Shown here in pieces: positions 9,639 to 17,932 of a stretch of DNA of 64,000 nucleotides (its first letter is position 1; the number at the start of each line of letters is the position of its first letter). The notes beneath the pieces were generated by a model. That model was not told the DNA's origin and ran no database searches. It worked only from the letters and a program-made list of their open reading frames with translations. Made by a program: the position numbers and the translations under genes. This DNA comes from a virus (taxonomy: Duplodnaviria; Caudoviricetes): the IMG/VR virus record IMGVR_UViG_3300012956_000012, positions 1-64,000 of that record; one strand, given 5' to 3'.

Positions 9639-9701
9639 ATATGTATACATACTTAGGCATTGAGTGTTGGATTTACACTCTTCATATAAAACAAAAGAAA
9701 G

Positions 9702-9872
9702 ATGAATAGACAAATTTTACTAGGTATCTTATCGATACTATTTACAGGGTTTTTATTTGGGTCTGGTATTTATGGCCTTATTAGTTGGGATAGAACCATT
9801 ATGACTTGGTTGTGGACTATTGGTACCGGGATTGCTTTCGGAGCTAACTTCTTCTTAGTATGGAGGCGATAG
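9702..9872 (+). CDS. small membrane protein (56 aa, not in ORF track)
   Basis: MNRQILLGILSILFTGFLFGSGIYGLISWDRTIMTWLWTIGTGIAFGANFFLVWRR; two hydrophobic helices. Confidence 0.6.
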   Translation: MNRQILLGILSILFTGFLFGSGIYGLISWDRTIMTWLWTIGTGIAFGANFFLVWRR

Positions 9873-10255
9873 TTCAAATCTTTATTGGAGGAGTTTTTGC
9901 TTGTTTAGCTGGCGCCTCTAAAGGAGTAAAGGATAAGTTGCAGTTTCATTTCTTCAGCTCTATATTTGTTGATTGGGACCATACTTTTTGGAATCCAGAG
10001 ATAAGTTGGCGACGCAAGTATAAGAACGGAATTGATCCAACGCCAAGGTTCTTTGGTTCCACAACAATATTTGTCGCCTTTACAGATGGTTGGCATTTAT
10101 TTCAAATGTTAGAGACTGTATTTACACTACTTGCATTTACATTTGCACTCCATGGCCTACCAGATTTATATGAGGTTCTTATAACCGCAATAGCAGTAGT
10201 TACAGCAAAGAACATACTATTTCAATTCACATTTAAAGAGTTACTCACTCGTTAA
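9860..10255 (+). CDS. hypothetical membrane protein
   Basis: hydrophobic segments; FFGSTTIFVAFTDGWHLF motif. Confidence 0.7.
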   Translation: MEAIVQIFIGGVFACLAGASKGVKDKLQFHFFSSIFVDWDHTFWNPEISWRRKYKNGIDPTPRFFGSTTIFVAFTDGWHLFQMLETVFTLLAFTFALHGLPDLYEVLITAIAVVTAKNILFQFTFKELLTR

Positions 10256-10301
10256 AGAAAGTTAAAGGCTCCTTCGGGAGTCTTTTTTATTTGTACCTTT
10301 G
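10251..10301 (+). promoter_or_regulatory. putative promoter: GTTAA-N5-GTTAA box plus TACCTTTG
   Basis: gttaaa 10251 and 10261; tacctttg 10294-10301. Confidence 0.65.
10265..10288 (+). terminator. intrinsic terminator with UUCG loop
   Basis: aaggctcc-ttcg-ggagtctt plus T run. Confidence 0.8.
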
Positions 10302-10326
10302 CCTATATAACTTAAAAACAAAAAGT

Positions 10327-10605
10327 ATGGTCGGGCATGTTAAATTAACATTCTGCCCTAAAGCAAAAAAGTACACTTATAGTAGTGAAGCAAAGGCATT
10401 AAAATTTGTGGAATCTAGAAGTGACCTTCAACGGGCTTATTACTGTCCACACTGTGATGGTTATCATGTAACCTCACAAAAACTAGAAGATACAATTCGC
10501 TTTGGAGGTATGGATGATGAGGAATTAAAAAATTTAGAACAACCAGAAGAGATAACTCTTGATCTGGTAGCAGAAAGGTTAAAACAATTAAAAGGTAAAT
10601 TATGA
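10327..10605 (+). CDS. hypothetical Zn-finger protein
   Basis: RAYYCPHCDGYHVT; ATG 10327 lies downstream of the promoter. Confidence 0.65.
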   Translation: MVGHVKLTFCPKAKKYTYSSEAKALKFVESRSDLQRAYYCPHCDGYHVTSQKLEDTIRFGGMDDEELKNLEQPEEITLDLVAERLKQLKGKL

Positions 10606-11408
10606 AAATAGGTTACAAAGGTATGAAGTCAGATATGACTTGCCGAGGGATTAAATTTGAAGTGGGTAAAACTTACTACATTGATAAAGATAAAAAAGTT
10701 AGGGAACGTTCAAACCCGATCGACTATAATAGACCAAACGAAAGGCTTAAGCTGTGTACGAATGATGTAATTCATTACTGTAACAATTTAAAGGATGTTC
10801 AATCATACTATAATTTAAACGACGAAAGACACAGATTCTTTGTGGTTCAAATTCTTGGAGAGTTTATAGATGGGGAAGATGGTAAAAGTGGTACTGACTG
10901 TATAAAAATTCTTAGAGAATTGTCTAGAGAAGAGGTGGAAACAGGTTTTATAGACAAGCTGAGAGATGACCTTGATGACTCTTTAAAGTTGAGCGACCTA
11001 AGAGCTATGCAAGAAAAGTTTCCTATGATCATTATTGGTGGAAGTTTAAGTCTATACTTAAGAGGGTATTGGTTAGAAAGGTTTAGAGCTTGTAATTCAG
11101 ATTTTGATATAATTTCACCTTATTGGGTAGATTTAACTGAGTACAAAGATATTGTCGATACCGAAGATGAAAAGAATTCTGGTAACGATTTCGATGATAC
11201 TTTTAGCTTTAGAGGTAAGAAAATAGATTTACGCATTTCTCCGCATGAAAGGTATGAGATAATTACTTATAGGGGTCATCAGTATAAAGTTGGAAGTTTT
11301 ATTAATGTAATTGAAGCCAAGGCTAGATACGCACTTCAAAAAGGTGGTTCAAAACACTTGAATGATTTAACAGAATTGATGTCTAAAAACAAATTGGAAT
11401 GGATTTGA
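10602..11408 (+). CDS. two-domain protein: phage YKG...CR...FEVGKTY domain fused to a nucleotidyltransferase-like domain
   Basis: N-term GYKGMKSDMTCRGIKFEVGKTY...IHYC; C-term IIIGGSLSLYLRG...SDFDII...IDL (pol-beta NTase GS/DxD/D pattern). Confidence 0.6.
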   Translation: MKIGYKGMKSDMTCRGIKFEVGKTYYIDKDKKVRERSNPIDYNRPNERLKLCTNDVIHYCNNLKDVQSYYNLNDERHRFFVVQILGEFIDGEDGKSGTDCIKILRELSREEVETGFIDKLRDDLDDSLKLSDLRAMQEKFPMIIIGGSLSLYLRGYWLERFRACNSDFDIISPYWVDLTEYKDIVDTEDEKNSGNDFDDTFSFRGKKIDLRISPHERYEIITYRGHQYKVGSFINVIEAKARYALQKGGSKHLNDLTELMSKNKLEWI

Positions 11409-12289
11409 ATATAATTAGAGATGATTCTTACAAATACGGTGTACTTCCAAACACTCTAATTTTAGATGACTGTTTGAAGGTTCTACCTTATATACCAGAT
11501 AAAAGTCAGAATCTTATTTTGGCTGACTTACCTTATGGGACAACCAACTGCAAGTGGGATGAAGTGTTGCCAATGCACGATCACTACTACTTTAATAGGG
11601 TGGTAATTGGCTTAGACGATGCAACCCCCAGACAGTTATACGAGATGGGAGATCCCTATAAGTTTATACGTCACGGGCTGTGGTCACACTACAAACGAAT
11701 ATTAAAGCCGGGAGGTGTAGTATTACTATATGCTCAAACACCATTTGATAAGGTTTTAGGTGCCAGTAATCTAGAGATGCTAAAGTATGAATGGATTTGG
11801 GAGAAGACACAAGCAACCGGTCACTTCAATGCTAAGAAAATGCCTATGAAAGCTCATGAGAATATCTTGGTGTTTTATAATAAATTACCTACGTATAACC
11901 CACAGAAGACAGAGGGGCATGATCCTGTAAACTCTTATACAAAAAGAGCAGAAGTAGTAAATAAAACCAACATCTATGGTAAGGTAACTAAGGATGTGTC
12001 CGGAGGAGGTAATACAGATAGATACCCAAGAAGCGTTTTGCAGTTTCCATCGGACAAACAGAAGAATAAATTGGACGGAACTTTATGGGATACTCAAAAA
12101 CCATACGCTTTGAACAAATACTTTATTGAAACTTATACAAATCCAGGAGACTCAGTTTTTACCAATGTAGCTGGATCAGGTTCAGAAATACTTCCTTGTG
12201 TTGAATTAGGAAGAACTTTTATTGGTATAGAGGAATTAGAGCAGCCATTTGATATAATGGTTAAACGATTTAAAAACAAATTGGAATGG
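11384..12289 (+). repeat. 19-bp perfect direct repeat flanking the methyltransferase gene
   Basis: taaaaacaaattggaatgg at 11384-11402 and 12271-12289. Confidence 0.9.
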
Positions 12290-12295
12290 CAATAA
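11399..12295 (+). CDS. DNA amino-methyltransferase (N6A/N4C, beta class)
   Basis: ILADLPYG (motif IV), YEWIWEK, HENILVF, TQKP, TNVAGSGS (motif I-like), FIGIE. Confidence 0.9.
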   Translation: MDLNIIRDDSYKYGVLPNTLILDDCLKVLPYIPDKSQNLILADLPYGTTNCKWDEVLPMHDHYYFNRVVIGLDDATPRQLYEMGDPYKFIRHGLWSHYKRILKPGGVVLLYAQTPFDKVLGASNLEMLKYEWIWEKTQATGHFNAKKMPMKAHENILVFYNKLPTYNPQKTEGHDPVNSYTKRAEVVNKTNIYGKVTKDVSGGGNTDRYPRSVLQFPSDKQKNKLDGTLWDTQKPYALNKYFIETYTNPGDSVFTNVAGSGSEILPCVELGRTFIGIEELEQPFDIMVKRFKNKLEWQ

Positions 12296-12753
12296 TTAAA
12301 ACGATCAAGGGAGACTTGATCAAACTTTTTAAAGAGGGTGAATTTACAGCAATTGCACATGGCGCAAATTGTTTTTCTACCATGGGCAGTGGTATTGCAG
12401 CTCAGATTAAACAACACTTTCCAGAGGCTTATAAGGCTGATAAGAGTTGCACACAAAAGCCTTTTAGTAAACTTGGTGGTTATACATCAGCTAATACTCA
12501 ATGGGGTGAAGTTATTAATTTGTATACTCAGTTTGAACCAGGCAGGAATTTTGAATATACGGCTTTACAATGTGCCTTAATGGATCTTGAGTTTGATAGA
12601 GAATTTGGAGACACTTTTACTAAAGGATTGAAGGAACCAATTGGTATACCTCTGATCGGCGCTGGTATTGGTGGTGGAAATTGGGATGTAATTAAAAACA
12701 TCTTTGAGATGAGTAGTTTAAACTTTATAGTTGTAGAATGGGAAAAGTGTTAG
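12286..12753 (+). CDS. macrodomain (ADP-ribose binding/hydrolase) protein
   Basis: IKGDL, IAHGANCFSTMGSGIA, INLYTQ, PLIGAGIGGGNW. Confidence 0.9.
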   Translation: MAIIKTIKGDLIKLFKEGEFTAIAHGANCFSTMGSGIAAQIKQHFPEAYKADKSCTQKPFSKLGGYTSANTQWGEVINLYTQFEPGRNFEYTALQCALMDLEFDREFGDTFTKGLKEPIGIPLIGAGIGGGNWDVIKNIFEMSSLNFIVVEWEKC

Positions 12754-13370
12754 TAGCTTGTGAAGAAAGCCAAGCAATAACAATAGAATTGAGAAAATTA
12801 GGTGTAGAAGCTTACAGTTGTGATCTACTACCTTGCTCTGGGGGGCATCCTGAATGGCATATTCAAGGTGACGCAATTATAGAAGCCTATAGTGGAAAAT
12901 ATGTTGCAATGATAGCTCACCCAACCTGTACGTTTATTACTAACAGTGGAGTATGCTGGCTTTACAATAAAGATGGGAGTAGGAATGAAGAAAGGTGGAA
13001 TAACTTAAAAGAAGCGTGTATCTTTTTTAAAAAGCTTTTAGATGCTCCTATGAAAATGAAAGTTATTGAGAACCCGATACCTCATAAATATGCGTTGGAA
13101 CTGATTGGAAGAAAATATGACCAATTGATACAACCATACATGTTTGGCGAACCTGAAAGTAAAGCTACTTGCTTGTGGATTGAGGGTCTACCAAAGTTGC
13201 AAGAGACAAACAATGTAAAGCACATTTGGAAATCACTTCCAAAAAATCAGGCACAGAGGCTGCATTACTTACCTCCGGGTCCAGAGAGAGCAAAGTTAAG
13301 AAGTAAAACTTTCAAAGGAATTGCTAAAGCTGTTGCAGAACAGTGGGGTGATATTTTTAAACAGCTATAG
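12738..13370 (+). CDS. divergent DNA cytosine-C5 methyltransferase-like protein
   Basis: KVLVACEESQ, AYSCDL, IAHPTCT (PC-like), IENP, KATCLW, RSKTFKGIAKAVAEQW. Confidence 0.7.
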   Translation: MGKVLVACEESQAITIELRKLGVEAYSCDLLPCSGGHPEWHIQGDAIIEAYSGKYVAMIAHPTCTFITNSGVCWLYNKDGSRNEERWNNLKEACIFFKKLLDAPMKMKVIENPIPHKYALELIGRKYDQLIQPYMFGEPESKATCLWIEGLPKLQETNNVKHIWKSLPKNQAQRLHYLPPGPERAKLRSKTFKGIAKAVAEQWGDIFKQL

Positions 13371-13388
13371 ATTTAATGATTCAAAAAT

Positions 13389-13688
13389 ATGGGAAATTAT
13401 TTTAAAAGGGAAAAGGTATCGTCTTATTCACTAGCTAGTGAGTTAGCTTATAGAATTAAGAGCACAGATTGTTTAAGTCCTGACTTTATATGTGATATTC
13501 TTGATAACTACGAGATATCAGAAGTAAAGGTTAAAAAGGTAGGATGGATTAGATTCACATCACCACTTGCATTGATTGTTATGATTGTGCTTATTATCTT
13601 AATGCCTTTAAAATATATTATTACTGGTAACGGTGGTTGGAATTTTAAAATACTGTCTAACTGGTTTAGAGCAGTAAAACTTATGTGA
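13389..13688 (+). CDS. hypothetical membrane protein
   Basis: one hydrophobic helix. Confidence 0.6.
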   Translation: MGNYFKREKVSSYSLASELAYRIKSTDCLSPDFICDILDNYEISEVKVKKVGWIRFTSPLALIVMIVLIILMPLKYIITGNGGWNFKILSNWFRAVKLM

Positions 13689-13709
13689 TGGACATATAAA
13701 ATTTGAAAG

Positions 13710-14039
13710 ATGATTTATATTTTAGAAAGAGTTTTGGTAGATGAGTGGACTTGGAATACTATTACTACTACACATGTATTTGAAGTACCTGATGATATAA
13801 ATGTTGAAGAGGAGTATAGGGACCATATATTAGCGGTTGCTAATTCAGTGTCGGCGGTTATTAATCCGCATTGGTATAACTTAATGGATCATGAGAATCA
13901 TCACCCACATTTGAGTGAAGAAGAATACGAATCTTTAAGTCAATCTTGGACTGAAGAATTGAGAGTTAACTCTAAATTTTCACTCTTAAAATCAATTGGC
14001 CGAGAACTTGATTTTAAAAAATTAAGTGAGGAAATGTAG
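13710..14039 (+). CDS. hypothetical protein
   Basis: 109-aa ORF in operon. Confidence 0.6.
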   Translation: MIYILERVLVDEWTWNTITTTHVFEVPDDINVEEEYRDHILAVANSVSAVINPHWYNLMDHENHHPHLSEEEYESLSQSWTEELRVNSKFSLLKSIGRELDFKKLSEEM

Positions 14040-14061
14040 TATTCATTCGAAAAAGTGTTAT

Positions 14062-14532
14062 ATGAAGAAGGAATTTTTTGAAAAATTTACTAGTGATATT
14101 AACATAACTGATGGCCTTTTAAGCTTATTAATAGGAGACTTTCTAGGAAGTGGTGTTTACCGTGATGTGTATGTTAACGCTTTAAACGAAAAGCAAGTCC
14201 TTAAAATAGCAAAAGATGGTCATGGTGTCGTTGCCAATGCAAAGGAGTTTGATCTGTGGCGTGAAGTGTCTGGGTTTAAAGGAGAATTACAATGGGTAAA
14301 AGATTGGTTTTGTCCTGTGGTTTCAATGAGTGATAATGGAGCAGTGTTGATCATGGAAAGAACGCTTGAAAGATCAACAAGAAAGTTACCTGATGAAATT
14401 CCTAGTTTTATGTTTGACACGCACGTAGGAAACTTTGGCTGGATAGGTAGTAAGTTTGTATGCCATGATTATGCAGCTATACCTTTCTTCCGAGATACAG
14501 TTAAAAAGAAAATGAAAAAATCTTATTTTTAA
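14062..14532 (+). CDS. minimal protein-kinase-like protein
   Basis: LGSGVYRDVY (Gly loop), VLKIA (Lys), NAKE, DTHVGNFG (catalytic loop), HDYA (DFG-like). Confidence 0.72.
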   Translation: MKKEFFEKFTSDINITDGLLSLLIGDFLGSGVYRDVYVNALNEKQVLKIAKDGHGVVANAKEFDLWREVSGFKGELQWVKDWFCPVVSMSDNGAVLIMERTLERSTRKLPDEIPSFMFDTHVGNFGWIGSKFVCHDYAAIPFFRDTVKKKMKKSYF

Positions 14533-14535
14533 GCT

Positions 14536-14949
14536 ATGATATACGGAGTAAAAGAGTACACAGAAAAAAGGAAATTCCTTAATATAGAGAAAATGTCAGA
14601 GGTGGAAAAGTCATTGTATAAATCTCTTGCAAAATTAAAATCCCCTTATTTTGACTGTTTTCTCCCTTTCAGTGACGATATTTATGATACGATAGATGTT
14701 TTAGTTAAAAACACTAAGCTCGAAATAGGAACAGAAATTAAGGTGGAGAGATGGGACGGTAATGGTAATCCTGTATTTGTTAAAATTATTGATATTAAAG
14801 GGGATTTTATCCAATTTGATAAGGGATATTGTAAGTATGGTAACGATATTATTTGGGAAGAAAAAGGTAAGAAGGGAGACAGGTATTGGCAAAATGGCCA
14901 TAATAATATTGATTGGGATAAGTATTACATAGAGATAGATGAAATCTAA
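14536..14949 (+). CDS. hypothetical protein
   Basis: 137-aa ORF in operon. Confidence 0.6.
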   Translation: MIYGVKEYTEKRKFLNIEKMSEVEKSLYKSLAKLKSPYFDCFLPFSDDIYDTIDVLVKNTKLEIGTEIKVERWDGNGNPVFVKIIDIKGDFIQFDKGYCKYGNDIIWEEKGKKGDRYWQNGHNNIDWDKYYIEIDEI

Positions 14950-15478
14950 AAAACTGCCTTGTGAACTCTGCGGTAAAGAGGTTCCAATGCGATCAACAAT
15001 AAAAACTGGTGAAAATAAGGGTAAGAAAGCTTGTCCTTATTGTGCTTCTAAGAACTCAGAAAAGAAAGTCTATAAGTTCAAAGCAAAGAAACGTACAGAA
15101 AAGACTGCAGCTAAAAGATCAGAAGAACGTAAAGACTTTCCAAGATTTTTTGAGGAGTCTATCTCAGAACTCCAATCTGATCCGTTTTGCCAAAACTGTG
15201 GTTGTAAAATAAACTCTAATTATAATCCAAGTTGGAATATAGCTCATATACTGAGTAAAAGAACATATAAGTCTGTATCCACTCACAAGGACAACAAGCT
15301 ATTCTTATGCTCGTCAAAGGACATTGGCGGCAATAACTGTCATGACAAATTTGATAGTGGCTTAGAGGTAAGAAAATCAATGCCGGTGTTTGAGCTTGCT
15401 TTGCAAAAGTTTGTTAAATTTAAAGACGAATGCTTGGAGCGAGGGAAAGAATTCTATATCTTTGAAGAAAATATTTAA
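14939..15478 (+). CDS. Zn-finger / HNH-like nuclease (NinG/Ref-like)
   Basis: CELC...CPYC; CQNC...IAHILSK...DNKLFLC...CHDKFD. Confidence 0.6.
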   Translation: MKSKKLPCELCGKEVPMRSTIKTGENKGKKACPYCASKNSEKKVYKFKAKKRTEKTAAKRSEERKDFPRFFEESISELQSDPFCQNCGCKINSNYNPSWNIAHILSKRTYKSVSTHKDNKLFLCSSKDIGGNNCHDKFDSGLEVRKSMPVFELALQKFVKFKDECLERGKEFYIFEENI

Positions 15479-15489
15479 AACAAAATAAT

Positions 15490-15807
15490 ATGTGGGAACT
15501 AGGTGGAGTTTTATTTTTAATAGGTGGAGTACTTATGCTGGCTGGGGTTGTTGCGTTTTTCTGTGAAGAAGAACATCTTCTTGTACTAACAGTGATAGGT
15601 GTAGTTTTGATTTGTGTTGGTGGTGCGATTAGAGATGCCAAGTATAGATCAACTCCAGTTGGAAAGGAACAAATACGTAATACTGAGTTGAAGAGACAAA
15701 TCGAGGATAGACTTGAAAATCAGGAAGCTTATAAGAATAGAAAAATTTACTTGAAAAAGCTTAAGGAAGAGAATAAGAAATTAGAAGATAGTTTAAAACG
15801 ATTGTAA
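15490..15807 (+). CDS. hypothetical membrane protein
   Basis: two N-terminal hydrophobic helices plus a charged coiled coil. Confidence 0.65.
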   Translation: MWELGGVLFLIGGVLMLAGVVAFFCEEEHLLVLTVIGVVLICVGGAIRDAKYRSTPVGKEQIRNTELKRQIEDRLENQEAYKNRKIYLKKLKEENKKLEDSLKRL

Positions 15808-15808
15808 T

Positions 15809-16033
15809 ATGAAATATGTTTACACAGTAACACTAGAACTAAAAACTCCTTGGTGGCTTAAACTATTTAGGTTTTTAAGGTTGGCTAAGAAAATGGAAAC
15901 TTTTGATTTAACTTTTAACGATAAATGGTGTCATGTGGGTGAGACGCTTAAAGCATCTCTGATAAATGATCAAGTGTTAGTTTTAAGTGTAAGGGAACAT
16001 AAAAATCAGTGTAGATGTTCACCTGGTTGTTAA
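15809..16033 (+). CDS. hypothetical protein
   Basis: ORF in operon. Confidence 0.55.
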   Translation: MKYVYTVTLELKTPWWLKLFRFLRLAKKMETFDLTFNDKWCHVGETLKASLINDQVLVLSVREHKNQCRCSPGC

Positions 16034-16209
16034 AGCCTTTTGAATACATTCTATTTTGGCTATCTGGTGAGTCAGATAGTCTTATTTCAGAAGAAGGTTG
16101 GGAGATACTTAGGGATCCAGTAAAGAAAGTTAGATTAAGAGAAATGATTGATAATTACCATAAGACTGGTATTTGGGATTTTAAAATTTTAGAAGATGAT
16201 GGAAAATAA
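16015..16209 (+). CDS. hypothetical protein
   Basis: ORF in operon. Confidence 0.55.
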   Translation: MFTWLLKPFEYILFWLSGESDSLISEEGWEILRDPVKKVRLREMIDNYHKTGIWDFKILEDDGK

Positions 16210-17311
16210 CAATTCAGTGTGCTTTGTTGCACGAGTAGAGAAGATAGAACCAATTAATGGGGCCGACTTAATTGTATTAGCTACAATCGGTGGTTGGAGT
16301 TGTGTAGTTAAAAAAGATGCTCATGTTATCGGCGAAAGAGTTATTGTAGCGACTAATGACGCTGTGATACCAGAAAACTTTTCCGCCGAGCTTGGTGTAA
16401 CATCATACCTAAGAAATGGTACTAGAGTTAGAACAGTGAAATTAAAAGGTGTATACTCTGAGTGTCTTATCTTACCTATTGATTACGCACCACATAAAAA
16501 GTCTTATGAAGGTGCAGACTTGATGGACGATCTTGGTATCTACAAATACGAACCACCAGTTAAACAAATTCAACTATCGTCAGGAAAGGTTGTGAAATAC
16601 AAAGAGAATTCAAACTTTCCAGTGTACTACAAGTTCCCAAACCTAAAGAATGTTTCTGGTATGTTCACAACAGAAGATGTGGTACAAATAACTAGAAAAA
16701 TTCATGGCACTAATAGCCGATACGGTATTGTTAAGAAACAAAAACTAACACTACTTGATCGAGTTAAAAAGTTCTTTGGAAATAAGTGGGTGGATTTTGA
16801 GTACGTATATGGATCACATAATGTAGAGAAAGGTTCAGACTCGCAAGGATTTTACTCAACTGATGTCTGGAGAGAAGTAGCAGACAAATACAACATCAAG
16901 GAACGTCTGTGGATGCACTTCAAGTCACTTACAAAGACCCCAGATAAAAGTTTCATTATCTACGGTGAAATATTTGGACCTGGTATTCAAAAGAATTATG
17001 ATTATGGTTTAGATGAAATTAAGTTTTGTATGTTCGATGTAGTTGTAGATGATACTTACTTAAAACCATTGTATACTGAATACACGGCCTATGACTTATC
17101 TCTAGATCATGTTGAAATTTTAGCAGAAGACTCTTGGTCCCAAGAACTTCAGGATAAGTTTACTTTTAACAACTTTATTGATGGTACAAAAATTCCACAC
17201 GAAGGTATTGTGATTAAGGATCTTGATGGAAATCGTAAGAAAGTAGCTAAGGTAATTAATCCAGACTACTTGATTTATGCAGAGAAAAAGGACGTAGGAG
17301 ATTCTCATTAA
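16196..17311 (+). CDS. ATP-dependent RNA ligase (DRB0094/Rnl5-like)
   Basis: N-terminal OB-like domain (IEPINGAD...GVYSECLI); motif I RKIHGTN, YGEIFGPGIQKN, EGIVIK, KVINPDYL. Confidence 0.88.
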   Translation: MMENNNSVCFVARVEKIEPINGADLIVLATIGGWSCVVKKDAHVIGERVIVATNDAVIPENFSAELGVTSYLRNGTRVRTVKLKGVYSECLILPIDYAPHKKSYEGADLMDDLGIYKYEPPVKQIQLSSGKVVKYKENSNFPVYYKFPNLKNVSGMFTTEDVVQITRKIHGTNSRYGIVKKQKLTLLDRVKKFFGNKWVDFEYVYGSHNVEKGSDSQGFYSTDVWREVADKYNIKERLWMHFKSLTKTPDKSFIIYGEIFGPGIQKNYDYGLDEIKFCMFDVVVDDTYLKPLYTEYTAYDLSLDHVEILAEDSWSQELQDKFTFNNFIDGTKIPHEGIVIKDLDGNRKKVAKVINPDYLIYAEKKDVGDSH

Positions 17312-17320
17312 AATATAGGT

Positions 17321-17932
17321 ATGTACATTAATTTTAATTTAGCTGCTGAAAGAGGGTTTACACCTTCTCAAGTATTAGCTTTACAGGCTATAAAGCAGAA
17401 CAGGAACGAAGATACTTCAGGGGTTATAGAAACTTTGTTGGGATTGGATACTAAGTTTTTTGAGGATGCTGGATTAGTATCTTTTATTAAGGGTAGTAAG
17501 AAAGATTCTATTTATAAACTTATTAGGTTATCTAGTAAAGGGACCAAATATTTAGATGAATTAACTACGCCGGAGGTTACTGAGAATGACCTACGAATGT
17601 TTGATTACTTGTGTCACATGTACTTAAATGCTGATGACGCTGAGGGACGAACGCTTGGAAACTTAAAGTTGGGCCGTATTTACTGTGCACAATTTAGACA
17701 ACTTATGGGACTTACTTCCCATGAAATGTATTGGCTATGTGATTTGTTTATTTATAATTACAAATACACTAAAGTATTGGAGTTTATCTTCTTTACACCA
17801 AAGGCCAACCACTACGGGAAGTTCAAAAACAATTTAGAATCGAGTAAATTATACCAGTTCTACCAAAGTAATAAAACTATTGTAGAAGCTTATTGGAAGG
17901 AGAAAATTAAAGATGATACTGAGAACAGATAA
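17321..17932 (+). CDS. hypothetical protein, possible winged-helix replication factor
   Basis: wHTH-like RLSSKGTKYL segment; two genes upstream of dnaB. Confidence 0.5.
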   Translation: MYINFNLAAERGFTPSQVLALQAIKQNRNEDTSGVIETLLGLDTKFFEDAGLVSFIKGSKKDSIYKLIRLSSKGTKYLDELTTPEVTENDLRMFDYLCHMYLNADDAEGRTLGNLKLGRIYCAQFRQLMGLTSHEMYWLCDLFIYNYKYTKVLEFIFFTPKANHYGKFKNNLESSKLYQFYQSNKTIVEAYWKEKIKDDTENR

